Virus record (IMG/VR): IMGVR_UViG_3300005613_000004
Strand: one strand, 5' to 3'
Source: a virus
Length of the DNA stretch: 64,000 nt
The translations under genes were made by a program, and so were the position numbers. Below, in pieces: positions 27,502-37,995 of the stretch. A model generated the notes under the pieces. That model saw only the letters and a program-made list of their open reading frames with translations. It was not told the DNA's origin and searched no databases. Each line of letters opens with the position of its first letter. Position 1 is the stretch's first letter.

Positions 27502-30005
27502 TGCGATTTTATACAAACGTTCAAATGGTCGGGGATCATTTTCTAGTACGTGGTTATGAAAACGGTAGACATTTTGCTACAAGAGAAAAATTTTACCCTA
27601 CTTTGTTTATCCCATCAAATAAAAAAACAAAGTATCAAACATTGGAGGGTGAATATGTTGAATCAGTTCAACCAGGATCTGTAAGAGAATGTCGTGATTT
27701 TATTGCACGATACAAAGACGTTGATAACTTTAGTGTTTATGGAAATGATCGATACATTTATCAATATATTTCTGAAAAGTATCCTGAAGAAGAAATCAAG
27801 TTTGATACTAAAAAAATTAAAATTTCAACTATTGATATTGAGGTTGCATCAGAGAATGGGTTTCCAGATGTAGAATCTGTTGCAGAAGAAATTTTATTGA
27901 TTACTGTACAAGATTATGCTACTAAGAAGATTCGCACTTGGGGTCGTGGACCTTTTAATAATAAGCAAGAGAATGTTATTTACAAGGGATTCAAAACTGA
28001 GTATGAGTTGTTAAATTCTTTTATTGATTGGTGGATGATTGAAGAGAATACTCCAGAAGTTATCACTGGATGGAATAGTGAGTGGTACGATATTCCATAT
28101 CTTGTTCGTCGTATTGATAGGATTCTTGGTGAAAAGTTGATGAAACGACTTTCTCCATGGGGTCTTGTGACTCTGCGGGAAAGCATGGATAAGTATGACA
28201 ATCGTCGTATAACTTATGATATTGGTGGAGTTACACAACTTGATTACCTAAATCTTTATAAAAAATTCACATATAAGGCACAAGAATCTTATCGATTGGA
28301 TTATATTGCTAATGTGGAACTTGGGCAAAAGAAATTAGACCACTCTGAGTTTAATACATTCAAAGATTTTTATACTAATGGGTGGCAGAAGTTTGTAGAA
28401 TACAATATCATTGACGTAGAACTTGTTGACCGTTTGGAAGACAAGATGAAGCTCATTGAACTTGCAATTACAATGGCATATGATGCTAAGGCAAACTATG
28501 CCGATGTTTCTTCTCAAGTTAGGATGTGGGATACAATTATTTACAATTATCTTAAAAAGAAGAATATTGTAATTCCTCCTATCGTTCGTTCCGATAAAGA
28601 TTCCAAATATGCAGGTGCTTATGTCAAAGAACCGATTCCGGGAAAGTATGACTGGGTTGTTAGTTTTGACCTTAATAGTCTATATCCCCATCTCATTATG
28701 CAGTACAATATTTCCCCCGAGACCTTACTTGAGGAACGCCACCCATCGGTTACCGTTGATAAGATACTTGATCAGAAGATAACATTTGAACTGTATAAAG
28801 ACAATGCGATATGTGCCAATGGTGCTATGTATCGTAAAGATGTTCGTGGGTTCTTGCCCGAACTGATGGAAAGGATTTATAAAGATCGCACCATCTACAA
28901 GAAGAAGATGCTTGCTGCAAAACAAGATTATGAAAAAACTCCAACGAAGGCACTGGAAAAGGAAATTGCACGTTGCAACAACATCCAGATGGCACGAAAA
29001 ATTCAACTCAACTCTGCATATGGTGCCATTGGTAATCAGTATTTTAGGTATTATAAACTTGCAAATGCTGAGGCAATTACTCTCTCGGGTCAAGTTTCGA
29101 TCCGTTGGATTGAGAATAAGATGAACGGATTTCTAAATAAGATTTTGCAAACAGAAGAAGTCGATTATGTTATCGCATCTGACACTGACTCAATCTATCT
29201 TAATATGGGACCTCTTGTTTCTAAATTTCTTAGTAATAAGTCTGACGATAAAACAGCAGTTGTTGCCTTACTTGATAAAATCTGTCAAGAGAAGTTGGAA
29301 CCATTCATCGAACACTCTTATCAGGAACTTGCGGACTACGTTCAGGCATATGAACAAAAAATGATTATGAAACGTGAGAATATTGCTGAACGTGGTATCT
29401 GGACTGCGAAGAAGCGTTACATTCTCAACGTATGGAACAGTGAAGGTGTTCAATACACTGAACCTAAACTGAAGATGATGGGTATTGAGGCAGTCAAATC
29501 TTCGACTCCAGCACCTTGTCGTCAGATGATTAAGGATGGTCTGAAGTTGATGATGAATGCAACCGAAGATGATGTGATTGATTTTATTGATAAGTGTCGT
29601 AAGGACTTTAAGAAACTTCCACCAGAAGAAATTGCCTTTCCTCGTTCCGTAAGTGATATTCGTAAATGGCATTCACACTCCGACATTTATAGTAAGGGAA
29701 CTCCTATTCATTGTCGGGGAGCACTTCTTTATAATTACTATATCAAACAAAACAAACTTGATAATAAGTATTCCATCATTAACAATGGTGAAAAGATTAA
29801 GTTTCTTTATCTTAAGAAACCAAATATCATTCAAGAGAATGTGATTTCATTTATTCAAGACTTTCCTACAGAACTCGGTCTTGACAAGTATATTGATTAT
29901 GAATTACAATTTGAAAAGAGTTTTGTAGAACCACTTAAATCTGTACTTGATGCGATTGGGTGGTCTATAGAAAAGAAAATTAGTTTAGAAGGATTTTTTG
30001 CATAA
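27501..30005 (+). CDS. g43: Family B DNA polymerase
   Basis: TIDIE exonuclease, SFDLNSLYP, KIQLNSAYG, SDTDS; uninterrupted. Confidence 0.98.
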   Translation: MRFYTNVQMVGDHFLVRGYENGRHFATREKFYPTLFIPSNKKTKYQTLEGEYVESVQPGSVRECRDFIARYKDVDNFSVYGNDRYIYQYISEKYPEEEIKFDTKKIKISTIDIEVASENGFPDVESVAEEILLITVQDYATKKIRTWGRGPFNNKQENVIYKGFKTEYELLNSFIDWWMIEENTPEVITGWNSEWYDIPYLVRRIDRILGEKLMKRLSPWGLVTLRESMDKYDNRRITYDIGGVTQLDYLNLYKKFTYKAQESYRLDYIANVELGQKKLDHSEFNTFKDFYTNGWQKFVEYNIIDVELVDRLEDKMKLIELAITMAYDAKANYADVSSQVRMWDTIIYNYLKKKNIVIPPIVRSDKDSKYAGAYVKEPIPGKYDWVVSFDLNSLYPHLIMQYNISPETLLEERHPSVTVDKILDQKITFELYKDNAICANGAMYRKDVRGFLPELMERIYKDRTIYKKKMLAAKQDYEKTPTKALEKEIARCNNIQMARKIQLNSAYGAIGNQYFRYYKLANAEAITLSGQVSIRWIENKMNGFLNKILQTEEVDYVIASDTDSIYLNMGPLVSKFLSNKSDDKTAVVALLDKICQEKLEPFIEHSYQELADYVQAYEQKMIMKRENIAERGIWTAKKRYILNVWNSEGVQYTEPKLKMMGIEAVKSSTPAPCRQMIKDGLKLMMNATEDDVIDFIDKCRKDFKKLPPEEIAFPRSVSDIRKWHSHSDIYSKGTPIHCRGALLYNYYIKQNKLDNKYSIINNGEKIKFLYLKKPNIIQENVISFIQDFPTELGLDKYIDYELQFEKSFVEPLKSVLDAIGWSIEKKISLEGFFA

Positions 30006-31024
30006 TGGATTTTTTAAAAGATATTGTAAAAGAGATTGGTGATGACTATACAAAACTCGCAGCAGATATCGATGAAACAGAAACCTTTGTGGACACCGGT
30101 TCTTATATTTTTAACGGACTTGTTTCAGGTAGTTTATTTGGTGGTGTATCTGGGAATAAGATTACTGCCATTGCTGGTGAGTCTAGTACTGGAAAAACTT
30201 TTTTTAGCCTCGCAGTGGTTAAGAATTTTTTGGACTCTAATCCTGATGGATATTGCCTGTATTTTGATACTGAGGCAGCTGTCAATAAGTCACTCTTAGA
30301 AAGTCGTGGAGTTGATCTGAATCGCACGGTTGTTGTGAATGTTGTGACTGTTGAGGAGTTCCGTAGCAAGGCACTCAAGGCAGTGGATCTTTATATGAAA
30401 AAGGCAGCAGATGAACGCAAACCCTGTATGTTTGTGTTAGACTCTTTAGGAATGCTATCCACAGAGAAGGAGATTACCGACGCACTCAACGACAAGCAAG
30501 TTCGTGATATGACAAAATCCCAACTCATTAAGGGTGCATTTAGAATGCTAACACTTAAGTTGGGGCAAGCTAACATACCCATGATTGTTACTAACCATAC
30601 ATATGATGTTATTGGTGCTTACGTTCCTACTAAAGAGATGGGTGGTGGTTCTGGTCTTAAGTATGCTGCCAGTACCATTATTCATCTTAGTAAGAAGAAA
30701 GAGAAGGATGGAACAGAAATTGTTGGAAATCTTATCAAGGCAAAGACTAATAAGTCGCGTTTAAGTAAAGAAAACAAAGAAGTCACTATTCGTTTATTTT
30801 ATGATTATCGGGGTCTTGATAGGTATTATGGACTTCTCGAATTGGGTGAAATTGGTGGACTTTGGAAAAATGTTGCAGGTCGTTATGAAATGACTGTTGA
30901 CGGTGAAATAAAAAAGGTATATGCAAAAGCAATTTTAAAAGAACCTGAAACTTATTTCACTCCTGATGTAATGGAGAAACTGGATCAAATCGCAAAGAGT
31001 GAATTCTCATATGGAACGAATTGA
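30005..31024 (+). CDS. uvsX: UvsX RecA-like recombinase
   Basis: AGESSTGKT, LDSLGML, MGGGSGLKYAAS. Confidence 0.95.
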   Translation: MDFLKDIVKEIGDDYTKLAADIDETETFVDTGSYIFNGLVSGSLFGGVSGNKITAIAGESSTGKTFFSLAVVKNFLDSNPDGYCLYFDTEAAVNKSLLESRGVDLNRTVVVNVVTVEEFRSKALKAVDLYMKKAADERKPCMFVLDSLGMLSTEKEITDALNDKQVRDMTKSQLIKGAFRMLTLKLGQANIPMIVTNHTYDVIGAYVPTKEMGGGSGLKYAASTIIHLSKKKEKDGTEIVGNLIKAKTNKSRLSKENKEVTIRLFYDYRGLDRYYGLLELGEIGGLWKNVAGRYEMTVDGEIKKVYAKAILKEPETYFTPDVMEKLDQIAKSEFSYGTN

Positions 31025-32393
31025 ACAAACTATTCTTAGAAACCTTGTATTTAATGAAGACTATGCACGAAAAGTTATTCCATTCATTCAACCAACATAC
31101 TTTGAGCAACGCACAGAAAAAATAATCTTTCAGGAGATTGTTCACTTCATTGTTAAGTATGGGTCTTCAATTACAATTGAAGCACTAAATATTGAAGTTG
31201 AAAATAGAACAGATCTGACCGAGAGTGAAATTAAGGAAACGAGAGAAATTTGTAATTCTCTTAATGACTCTCCAGTAGATCATCAATGGTTACTAGACTC
31301 TACTGAAAAGTGGTGTCGGGATCGTGCAATTTATCTTGCCCTGATGGAATCTATCAGTATTGCTGATGGGCAGGATGATAAACAGAATCGTGATGCAATT
31401 CCCTCTATTTTATCAGATGCTTTATCAGTGTCATTTGATAATAATATTGGACACGATTACCTCGAAAATTTTAAAGAAAGATATGAATTTTACCATACAA
31501 AGGAGGATAAAACTCCATTTGATCTCGAATACTTTAACAAAATCACGAAAGGTGGTTTGCCTAATAAAACTCTTAACATCGCGCTTGCTGGTACGGGTGT
31601 CGGCAAATCTCTATTCATGTGCCATGTGGCTAGCTCCGTCTTGCTCCAAGGACGGAACGTTCTCTATATTACAATGGAGATGGCAGAAGAGAAAATTGCT
31701 GAACGAATTGATGCCAATTTACTTAACGTCCCAATCCAAGACCTGACGGATCTTCCTAAGTCAACATTTGAAAACAAAGTGACAAAACTTGCGTCAAAAA
31801 CTAAAGGTAAATTTATAATTAAAGAGTACCCGACTGCAAGTGCTCATAGTGGACATTTTAAGGCACTTCTTAATGAACTTGCACTTAAGAAGTCATTTAA
31901 GCCTGATATTATTTTCATTGATTACCTTAATATATGTGCTTCCAGCAGATATAAGCAAGGTGGTTCTATCAATTCATATTCATATATTAAGAGTATTGCA
32001 GAAGAGCTTAGAGGATTGGCTGTTGAAGCAAACGTTCCCATCGTCTCTGCTACTCAAACCACTCGTTCTGGTTTTGCTAGCTCTGATGTTGATCTTACTG
32101 ATACTAGTGAATCCTTTGGTCTCCCTGCTACTGCTGATCTTATGTTTGCCCTTATTTCTACAGAAGAGCTTGAGGGGCTTGGACAAATTATGGTGAAGCA
32201 GTTGAAGAATAGATATAATGATCCTACGATAAACAAAAGATTTATTGTGGGGATTGATCGTGCCAAAATGCGTCTTTATGATTGTGAGCAAACTGCTCAA
32301 GATAATATACTTGACTCTGGGCAAGATGAAGGATATAATGATGATGATGATCCACTTGCTACTTCCAATAAATTTGGGGGATTTAAATTTTGA
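31011..32393 (+). CDS. g41: Replicative DNA helicase
   Basis: AGTGVGKS, IDYLNI, SATQTTR, KQLKNRY. Confidence 0.96.
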   Translation: MERIEQTILRNLVFNEDYARKVIPFIQPTYFEQRTEKIIFQEIVHFIVKYGSSITIEALNIEVENRTDLTESEIKETREICNSLNDSPVDHQWLLDSTEKWCRDRAIYLALMESISIADGQDDKQNRDAIPSILSDALSVSFDNNIGHDYLENFKERYEFYHTKEDKTPFDLEYFNKITKGGLPNKTLNIALAGTGVGKSLFMCHVASSVLLQGRNVLYITMEMAEEKIAERIDANLLNVPIQDLTDLPKSTFENKVTKLASKTKGKFIIKEYPTASAHSGHFKALLNELALKKSFKPDIIFIDYLNICASSRYKQGGSINSYSYIKSIAEELRGLAVEANVPIVSATQTTRSGFASSDVDLTDTSESFGLPATADLMFALISTEELEGLGQIMVKQLKNRYNDPTINKRFIVGIDRAKMRLYDCEQTAQDNILDSGQDEGYNDDDDPLATSNKFGGFKF

Positions 32394-32441
32394 CAATTTC
32401 AATTAATAAAAAAACAAACAACAGAGGAAACTAAATTTACT

Positions 32442-32855
32442 ATGACAAAAGATAGAGTTAATACTGATGCATATCTAGAGTTTGTTGCTGCTGTTACTTC
32501 ACAACCCAGTAGTGATGCTGATGCATTTGAATATCGTATTCAAGAACTTCGTGGGGAGGGTTTTGAAACGCATCGACTTCTTACTGCTGCCGTAGGAATG
32601 TCAGCAGAAGCAGGTGAGTTTACCGAAGTCATCAAAAAGATTATCTTTCAAGGTAAGCCTGTAAATGAGGAAAATTTGTTTCATTTGAAACGTGAACTTG
32701 GTGATGTTATGTGGTATGTTGCACAAGCATGTATGGGATTGAATGTTTCTCTGGATGAAATCATTGAGATGAATGTAGAAAAACTTAAGGCACGTTATCC
32801 TGGTGGAGATTTTGATGTTCACTATTCTGAAAATCGTAAAGAAGGTGATCTCTAA
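32442..32855 (+). CDS. mazG: MazG-like NTP pyrophosphohydrolase
   Basis: AEAGEFTE, ELGDVMWY, NVEKLKARYP. Confidence 0.92.
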   Translation: MTKDRVNTDAYLEFVAAVTSQPSSDADAFEYRIQELRGEGFETHRLLTAAVGMSAEAGEFTEVIKKIIFQGKPVNEENLFHLKRELGDVMWYVAQACMGLNVSLDEIIEMNVEKLKARYPGGDFDVHYSENRKEGDL

Positions 32856-32857
32856 CA

Positions 32858-33049
32858 ATGTATACAATTATTAACTACTTGACAGCATTCTGGTCTGTAG
32901 TTATAATGAACTGCATTCAACCCGTTAACTGGCAATATTGCTATCGGGTTGACCAGTGGTTAGTTCCTGATGTAATTGAAGGATATAAACTATACACTGG
33001 TGAAGTAGTCCCTTATCAAAATGAGAAGGACTATCTCAAGGGGTTATAG
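32858..33049 (+). CDS. Hypothetical protein
   Basis: 63 aa ORF; last codons overlap the tRNA-Ala 5' end. Confidence 0.6.
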   Translation: MYTIINYLTAFWSVVIMNCIQPVNWQYCYRVDQWLVPDVIEGYKLYTGEVVPYQNEKDYLKGL

Positions 33050-33111
33050 CTCAACGGTAGAGCACCTGCTTTGCAAGCAGGGGGTTACGAGTTCGAATCT
33101 CGTTAACTCCA
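33040..33111 (+). tRNA. tRNA-Ala(TGC)
   Basis: Acceptor GGGGTTA/TAACTCC with G3:U70; anticodon arm CCTGC-TTTGCAA-GCAGG; TTCGAAT T-loop. Confidence 0.93.
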
Positions 33112-33134
33112 TCTAAATACCTAAAAACAGGTAA

Positions 33135-34457
33135 ATGGTAAACGATAGTCTCTTATCTTTGAACAAGGCATTGCAAGGATTTGATGTTACTGTCAAATCA
33201 GCAACGAGTAAAACAGTTGTATATATTGTAAAGGCAGCGGATAGAACAAAACTTGCTGCTGATGTCAATCTTGCTCTGAAAAAAGAAAGAGTTAATTTTA
33301 AAGCAAATGTAAAAGATAACGTTTCTAGTTTTCCTATTACTACCGTAACTGATGGTGGAACCGTTTATAAAGTCGTCTACAAACCACTCAAGAGTGGTGG
33401 ATCTGGTGCAGGAGCAGCAGCAACAAAACTTGGAGAGTCTGCTCAGGCACTCTATGCTTCCATGGCAAATGTATTGGGTAGAGATATAAAAGAAAGTGAT
33501 CTTACTCAGGTAAACTTTGAAAAGGCAATTAAGTTTGCTATTACTGATGAAGACTTTGGTAAGATGAAGAATGAACTAACTGATGATTGGATTTATTCAT
33601 CTATTCAAGGAGCAAATCAGTTGAGAAAGAGGTACAGTTCAACAAATTATGAATACCATCGTGGATCTAAGAAAGTAGATGTAATAGAAAATGTCTTCAA
33701 AAAAATCAATAAAACTGAAAAGGCATTTGGTGATATTAATAAGTGGAGTCCGGCGGATATTTACATTATGAAAAAAGGATTTAATCCTGGTATTCTGCAA
33801 GAGGAAAGCACCTTGAAAGGATTGAATGAAATGATGTATAAGTTGATTGAAGAGAAAAAACTTATTGGAGTTTCTTTGAAAAAAATTGAAAGGGGTGGTG
33901 GTAAAATATCAGAGAAGAATTTTCCTAAAGATCCTAAGATTTCAAAGGCTTCTTTTAAAGGAACAAGTTCTACTTTTGATTCGATGGATGGATATATTAT
34001 TTGGGGTAATGCATCAACAGAGAAAATTCAATTCAGAAGTTTTGGTGTTGGTGACGGATTGACTGGTTGGCAGGGTGAGATTAAAGGTGCTTCTGCTAAT
34101 CAAGGAAAGATATCTCTTGGTCCAATCAATTATATTTTGAAAAGTCATGGTCAGAAACAATTACCAACTTCAAAAGAATCTGCAACTCTAGCAAGACAAA
34201 ATAGCGAGAAACATGCCAAGGATATTGCACAATTGATGGTTGATTATAAAATGATAAGTGGTAATGAATTTGATGCTGCCGTTAAAACCATTCAAGGTAA
34301 ACCAGAGAAGTATAGATATTCAAAGTGGTTGGTATTGCAACTATTAATTAAAATGAGAGATATGAATAAAAAGACTGCAGATCACATAACTCAGGACATG
34401 TATTTGTATGCAAGTTCTCAGGCATCTTTCTCTGCTCCATATTTGAAATTAGAATGA
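33135..34457 (+). CDS. Hypothetical protein, putative PD-(D/E)xK-like nuclease
   Basis: NKWSPADIY...IGVSLKK pattern; late promoter CTAAATA at 33113. Confidence 0.55.
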   Translation: MVNDSLLSLNKALQGFDVTVKSATSKTVVYIVKAADRTKLAADVNLALKKERVNFKANVKDNVSSFPITTVTDGGTVYKVVYKPLKSGGSGAGAAATKLGESAQALYASMANVLGRDIKESDLTQVNFEKAIKFAITDEDFGKMKNELTDDWIYSSIQGANQLRKRYSSTNYEYHRGSKKVDVIENVFKKINKTEKAFGDINKWSPADIYIMKKGFNPGILQEESTLKGLNEMMYKLIEEKKLIGVSLKKIERGGGKISEKNFPKDPKISKASFKGTSSTFDSMDGYIIWGNASTEKIQFRSFGVGDGLTGWQGEIKGASANQGKISLGPINYILKSHGQKQLPTSKESATLARQNSEKHAKDIAQLMVDYKMISGNEFDAAVKTIQGKPEKYRYSKWLVLQLLIKMRDMNKKTADHITQDMYLYASSQASFSAPYLKLE

Positions 34458-34681
34458 TGAACCCACAAATTGACGAACTATTACAATCTTTTGAAGCAAG
34501 CACAAAAAGAACCAAAGACAAGTATAATGAGTTTCTTGCTCACGTCTATACAACCTTTGACAAACACATCTCATTATGCAAGTCAGATAAGATGATGAAT
34601 AAATATAAGAAAATGAGGAATAGTGTCCTCAGTTACATTGTTGCCAACGAAAAGTCTATAATTTCTAAACTGAGTAAGTAA
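34454..34681 (+). CDS. Hypothetical protein
   Basis: 75 aa ORF, coupled overlaps on both sides. Confidence 0.65.
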   Translation: MMNPQIDELLQSFEASTKRTKDKYNEFLAHVYTTFDKHISLCKSDKMMNKYKKMRNSVLSYIVANEKSIISKLSK

Positions 34682-35922
34682 TGAAGAGCTTCTTCCAATT
34701 TTTATCCGAAAATACTGCTACTCAACAAGCAGCACGTCTTGGTCTGAAAAGTGATGGTCATGGTGGATGGTATGATAAAAAGGGAGAGTTCGTTGCGAAG
34801 ACAGAAAAGGGAAGACTGAAGTTTTATAATAAGCGTCAAAGAATTGGTAAGCAGGATCCTCCATCGACTGATAAGGAGAAGAATCTATCTCAAACAACAT
34901 ACGAAAAAGAACCGGCACAAGAACCTGCACCACAACAGCAGGCAGCAGCACCAGAACAACCAGCAGCACAACAGGCACCTGCACAAGAGGGACCACCACC
35001 AGTAGAAAAAACCAAAGGAACACTGACCGTTGCATTTGGTCGTTTTAATCCACCAACAACAGGACACGAAAAACTACTTGATACTGTGGCAGCAAGTTCT
35101 GATGATGGAGACTATATTATTATCCCATCACGCAGTCAGGATAAGAAAAAGAATCCATTAGATCCAGATACTAAAATCTCTATTATGAGACAGATGTATC
35201 CCAATCATAGTGAAAAGATTGTTAATGATCCTCAGAATAGAACTATTTTTGATGTACTGAAGAAGGCACATATGGATGGATATGCTGGTGTTCGTATTGT
35301 TGGTGGTGGTGATCGTGTTGCTGAGTTTGAAAAACTTTCAAATAATTACAACGGAAAACTTTATGCTTTTGATAATGTAGAAGTTCTTTCTGCAGGAGAT
35401 CGTGATCCTGATGGTGATGATGTTTCTGGTATGTCTGCATCAAAGCAAAGAAAAGCAGCAGCAGAAGGAGACTTTGCATCATTCCGTAAAGGTGTTCCTT
35501 CATCACTGAATAATAAGCAGGCAAAAGAACTTTATAATACTCTTCGTTCTGCGATGAATATTAAAGAAGGATGGAATCTTTGGGAGATTGCTCCTAAGTT
35601 TGATTGGAAGAATCTTCGTGAAAACTTTATAAATGATAAGATTTTTAAGGTTGGTGAACTGGTAGAAAATGTTAATACAGGATTAGTTGGTAAGATTATT
35701 CGTCGTGGAACTAATCATCTGATTTGTGTTACTGAAGATAAGATTATGTTTAAATCATGGATTAAGGATGTGTCAGAGGCAGTGACAAATAGCAATGCTC
35801 CATCTGGTGTTCCTGCCGATCAGAGACTTGTGGGAACTGATGCTCATCGTAAGTATGTTGAGAAAATGGTTCCCGGAAGTGAATGGGGAAAGCAATTTAT
35901 AAATAAGTATAGAAAAAAGTAA
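34681..35922 (+). CDS. HIGH-superfamily nucleotidyltransferase (cytidylyltransferase-like)
   Basis: AFGRFNPPTTGHEKL, GGGDR, MSASKQR. Confidence 0.85.
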   Translation: MKSFFQFLSENTATQQAARLGLKSDGHGGWYDKKGEFVAKTEKGRLKFYNKRQRIGKQDPPSTDKEKNLSQTTYEKEPAQEPAPQQQAAAPEQPAAQQAPAQEGPPPVEKTKGTLTVAFGRFNPPTTGHEKLLDTVAASSDDGDYIIIPSRSQDKKKNPLDPDTKISIMRQMYPNHSEKIVNDPQNRTIFDVLKKAHMDGYAGVRIVGGGDRVAEFEKLSNNYNGKLYAFDNVEVLSAGDRDPDGDDVSGMSASKQRKAAAEGDFASFRKGVPSSLNNKQAKELYNTLRSAMNIKEGWNLWEIAPKFDWKNLRENFINDKIFKVGELVENVNTGLVGKIIRRGTNHLICVTEDKIMFKSWIKDVSEAVTNSNAPSGVPADQRLVGTDAHRKYVEKMVPGSEWGKQFINKYRKK

Positions 35923-35940
35923 GAATTATCAGATCTTCCA

Positions 35941-37350
35941 ATGGATAAAAATATTTTTGAAGAAGGTCCTCGTAGAGGTCATGCTGCAGGAGATACTAGT
36001 ATTGAACAGCAAGCATCACAACTTGCTTCTGATATTAGGTATAAAGTAAGACAAAAGATGAAGGGCAAGTCTGGATCTAATATGAGTCCTGCTCAAGTTA
36101 CACAACTTTATGCCCAATTTCTTAATTCTTCTTCTGCACCTGGTGGTGTAAAGGCAATTGCAAAGAAGAAATTACTTGGTGAGCAAATTGATCCTGGTAT
36201 TGTCTCTATTGCAGAACACTTAAAATCTTCTTCTGAATATGTGTTTGGAAGAGTTTTTGAGGGTAAAGAAGAGAAGAAGTTCGTTATTCGTGTAACCGAT
36301 AGGGCAACTGGTAATACAACATATAGAAAAGCAGACCGTGCTAAGATTGCTGAACTGAGAGCAAATAAGAATATTTCTTCTGTAGAGATTACTGGAAGAA
36401 AAGAAGTGGATGATGCTTTTAAGGGAGACCCAAAACCAAATTATGATGGTAAGAAAGCAAAGAAAGATTATGATGGAGATGGTAAAGTAGAGAGTGGGTC
36501 AAAAGAGCACGCTGGAGTAGTTCATAATGCCATCCAACGTAAGAAGGGGGGAGTTGCTGATGGACAAGACACCAGAAAAGAAGAAGTCATTTATGAAAAG
36601 GAATCGGGAGGTAATAAGAAACTTGATGTAATGAAGGGTAAAAATAAAATAAAGATTAATCCGACAATTGGTGAAAGTATTCGTGCCGAACTTGATTTAC
36701 TGAAGGCACAAAAAATTGCCGAACAGGATGCTTCTATGAAGCAGCAAGATGATGAGAAAAAGAAAGAGCAACTTGCCGTTCAGCAGGCAAAGAAAGATAA
36801 ACAGATGAAGTTGAGAATCCTTCAGAGTAAAAAGAGAGCACTTATGAGTGGTGCAGATATTACCGCATCTTATCACTCAGAAAGTGATACTATTGCCGAA
36901 GGTGAAGGGCAAGTTCGTTATTGCCCTAAGTGTGATAGGAACGAAACCAGAGATGAGTGCAGTTATGGTGGTGAGTATTGGGATGAGAATTCAAAACCAG
37001 CAAAGGAAGAAGATCCAAGATCAATTCCCACCAAAATTAATCTTACAAAGAATAAGTTGAGAGCAATGGGTCTTAAGATGTCTTATGATATGGAAGGTGA
37101 TTTAATTGATGAGAGGAGAAGAGAAGACAAAGGAACACCAAGACCACCCGAACCAAGTGCAGCATTTAAGGCTGTCTCTAGAGAAATGGGATCTTCTAGA
37201 CTTGGTGTTCAACCAAGAGGGAAGAAAAAAGATCGTGGTGCTAAAAATGATGGTGAATTAACTTCCGTTGATAGAATTAAGAATAGACTTTCTAAAATGA
37301 GAGCACCTCAACCAAATCCGTATAGATCAAGACCTGGAGAGTCGGATTAA
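35941..37350 (+). CDS. Hypothetical modular charged protein (probable head-internal protein)
   Basis: Basic modules separated by SYxxEGDxIxE-type acidic linkers. Confidence 0.7.
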   Translation: MDKNIFEEGPRRGHAAGDTSIEQQASQLASDIRYKVRQKMKGKSGSNMSPAQVTQLYAQFLNSSSAPGGVKAIAKKKLLGEQIDPGIVSIAEHLKSSSEYVFGRVFEGKEEKKFVIRVTDRATGNTTYRKADRAKIAELRANKNISSVEITGRKEVDDAFKGDPKPNYDGKKAKKDYDGDGKVESGSKEHAGVVHNAIQRKKGGVADGQDTRKEEVIYEKESGGNKKLDVMKGKNKIKINPTIGESIRAELDLLKAQKIAEQDASMKQQDDEKKKEQLAVQQAKKDKQMKLRILQSKKRALMSGADITASYHSESDTIAEGEGQVRYCPKCDRNETRDECSYGGEYWDENSKPAKEEDPRSIPTKINLTKNKLRAMGLKMSYDMEGDLIDERRREDKGTPRPPEPSAAFKAVSREMGSSRLGVQPRGKKKDRGAKNDGELTSVDRIKNRLSKMRAPQPNPYRSRPGESD

Positions 37351-37715
37351 TGCCTGCAGTATCTAAGAAACAACAGAAATTCTTTGGAATTGTTCGTGCC
37401 ATTCAAAAAGGTGAGATAGCACCTACGACTCCAGAAACGGCAAAAGCTGCAGAAACTATGAAGAAGAGTGATGTGAAAGATTTTGCGTCAACAAAGCATA
37501 ATAAACTCCCTGAGAAAAAAGAGGTAAAGGAAGCACTTCGATCTTCTCTATTGACTGATAAAAAGTTTATGAAGAAGGTTGAGAATGAAGATAAAGAAAA
37601 GAAAAAGAAAAAATTTCGTGATTTTTCAAAAGATATGGAAGCAGCAAAGAAGAGATCATATGAAGTTGATAATAAAAAACCATATGATGCTAATAAACAC
37701 ACAAGATACTATTGA
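37350..37715 (+). CDS. Hypothetical Lys-rich protein
   Basis: MPAVSKKQQKFFG...DVKDFASTKH. Confidence 0.7.
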   Translation: MPAVSKKQQKFFGIVRAIQKGEIAPTTPETAKAAETMKKSDVKDFASTKHNKLPEKKEVKEALRSSLLTDKKFMKKVENEDKEKKKKKFRDFSKDMEAAKKRSYEVDNKKPYDANKHTRYY

Positions 37716-37753
37716 TAAATTTGCTATATAGTTTAGATCTTTTGGTAAAAAAA

Positions 37754-37957
37754 ATGTTAGCATTCCTTCTTCCACTGGCATCAAAGATTATTACCGATGC
37801 CGTTGCTAAAATTCCCGATAATGAGGAACTTGGTGAAAAATTAATTTCTATTTGCTTAGTAATTCTTTCCAAAGCAGTTAAACTCACCAAGACTGAAATG
37901 GATGATCAACTTCTTGAAGTAGTTTCAAATGCCATTAAGGCAAGAGAAACTGAATGA
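37754..37957 (+). CDS. Hypothetical protein
   Basis: MLAFLLPLASKII...TKTEMDDQLL. Confidence 0.7.
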   Translation: MLAFLLPLASKIITDAVAKIPDNEELGEKLISICLVILSKAVKLTKTEMDDQLLEVVSNAIKARETE

Positions 37958-37965
37958 TATAAATA
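37958..37965 (+). promoter_or_regulatory. Late promoter
   Basis: TATAAATA upstream of the 37996 ORF. Confidence 0.7.
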
Positions 37966-37995
37966 TCTGTATAAAGAATTAAAGGGAAAAGAAAC

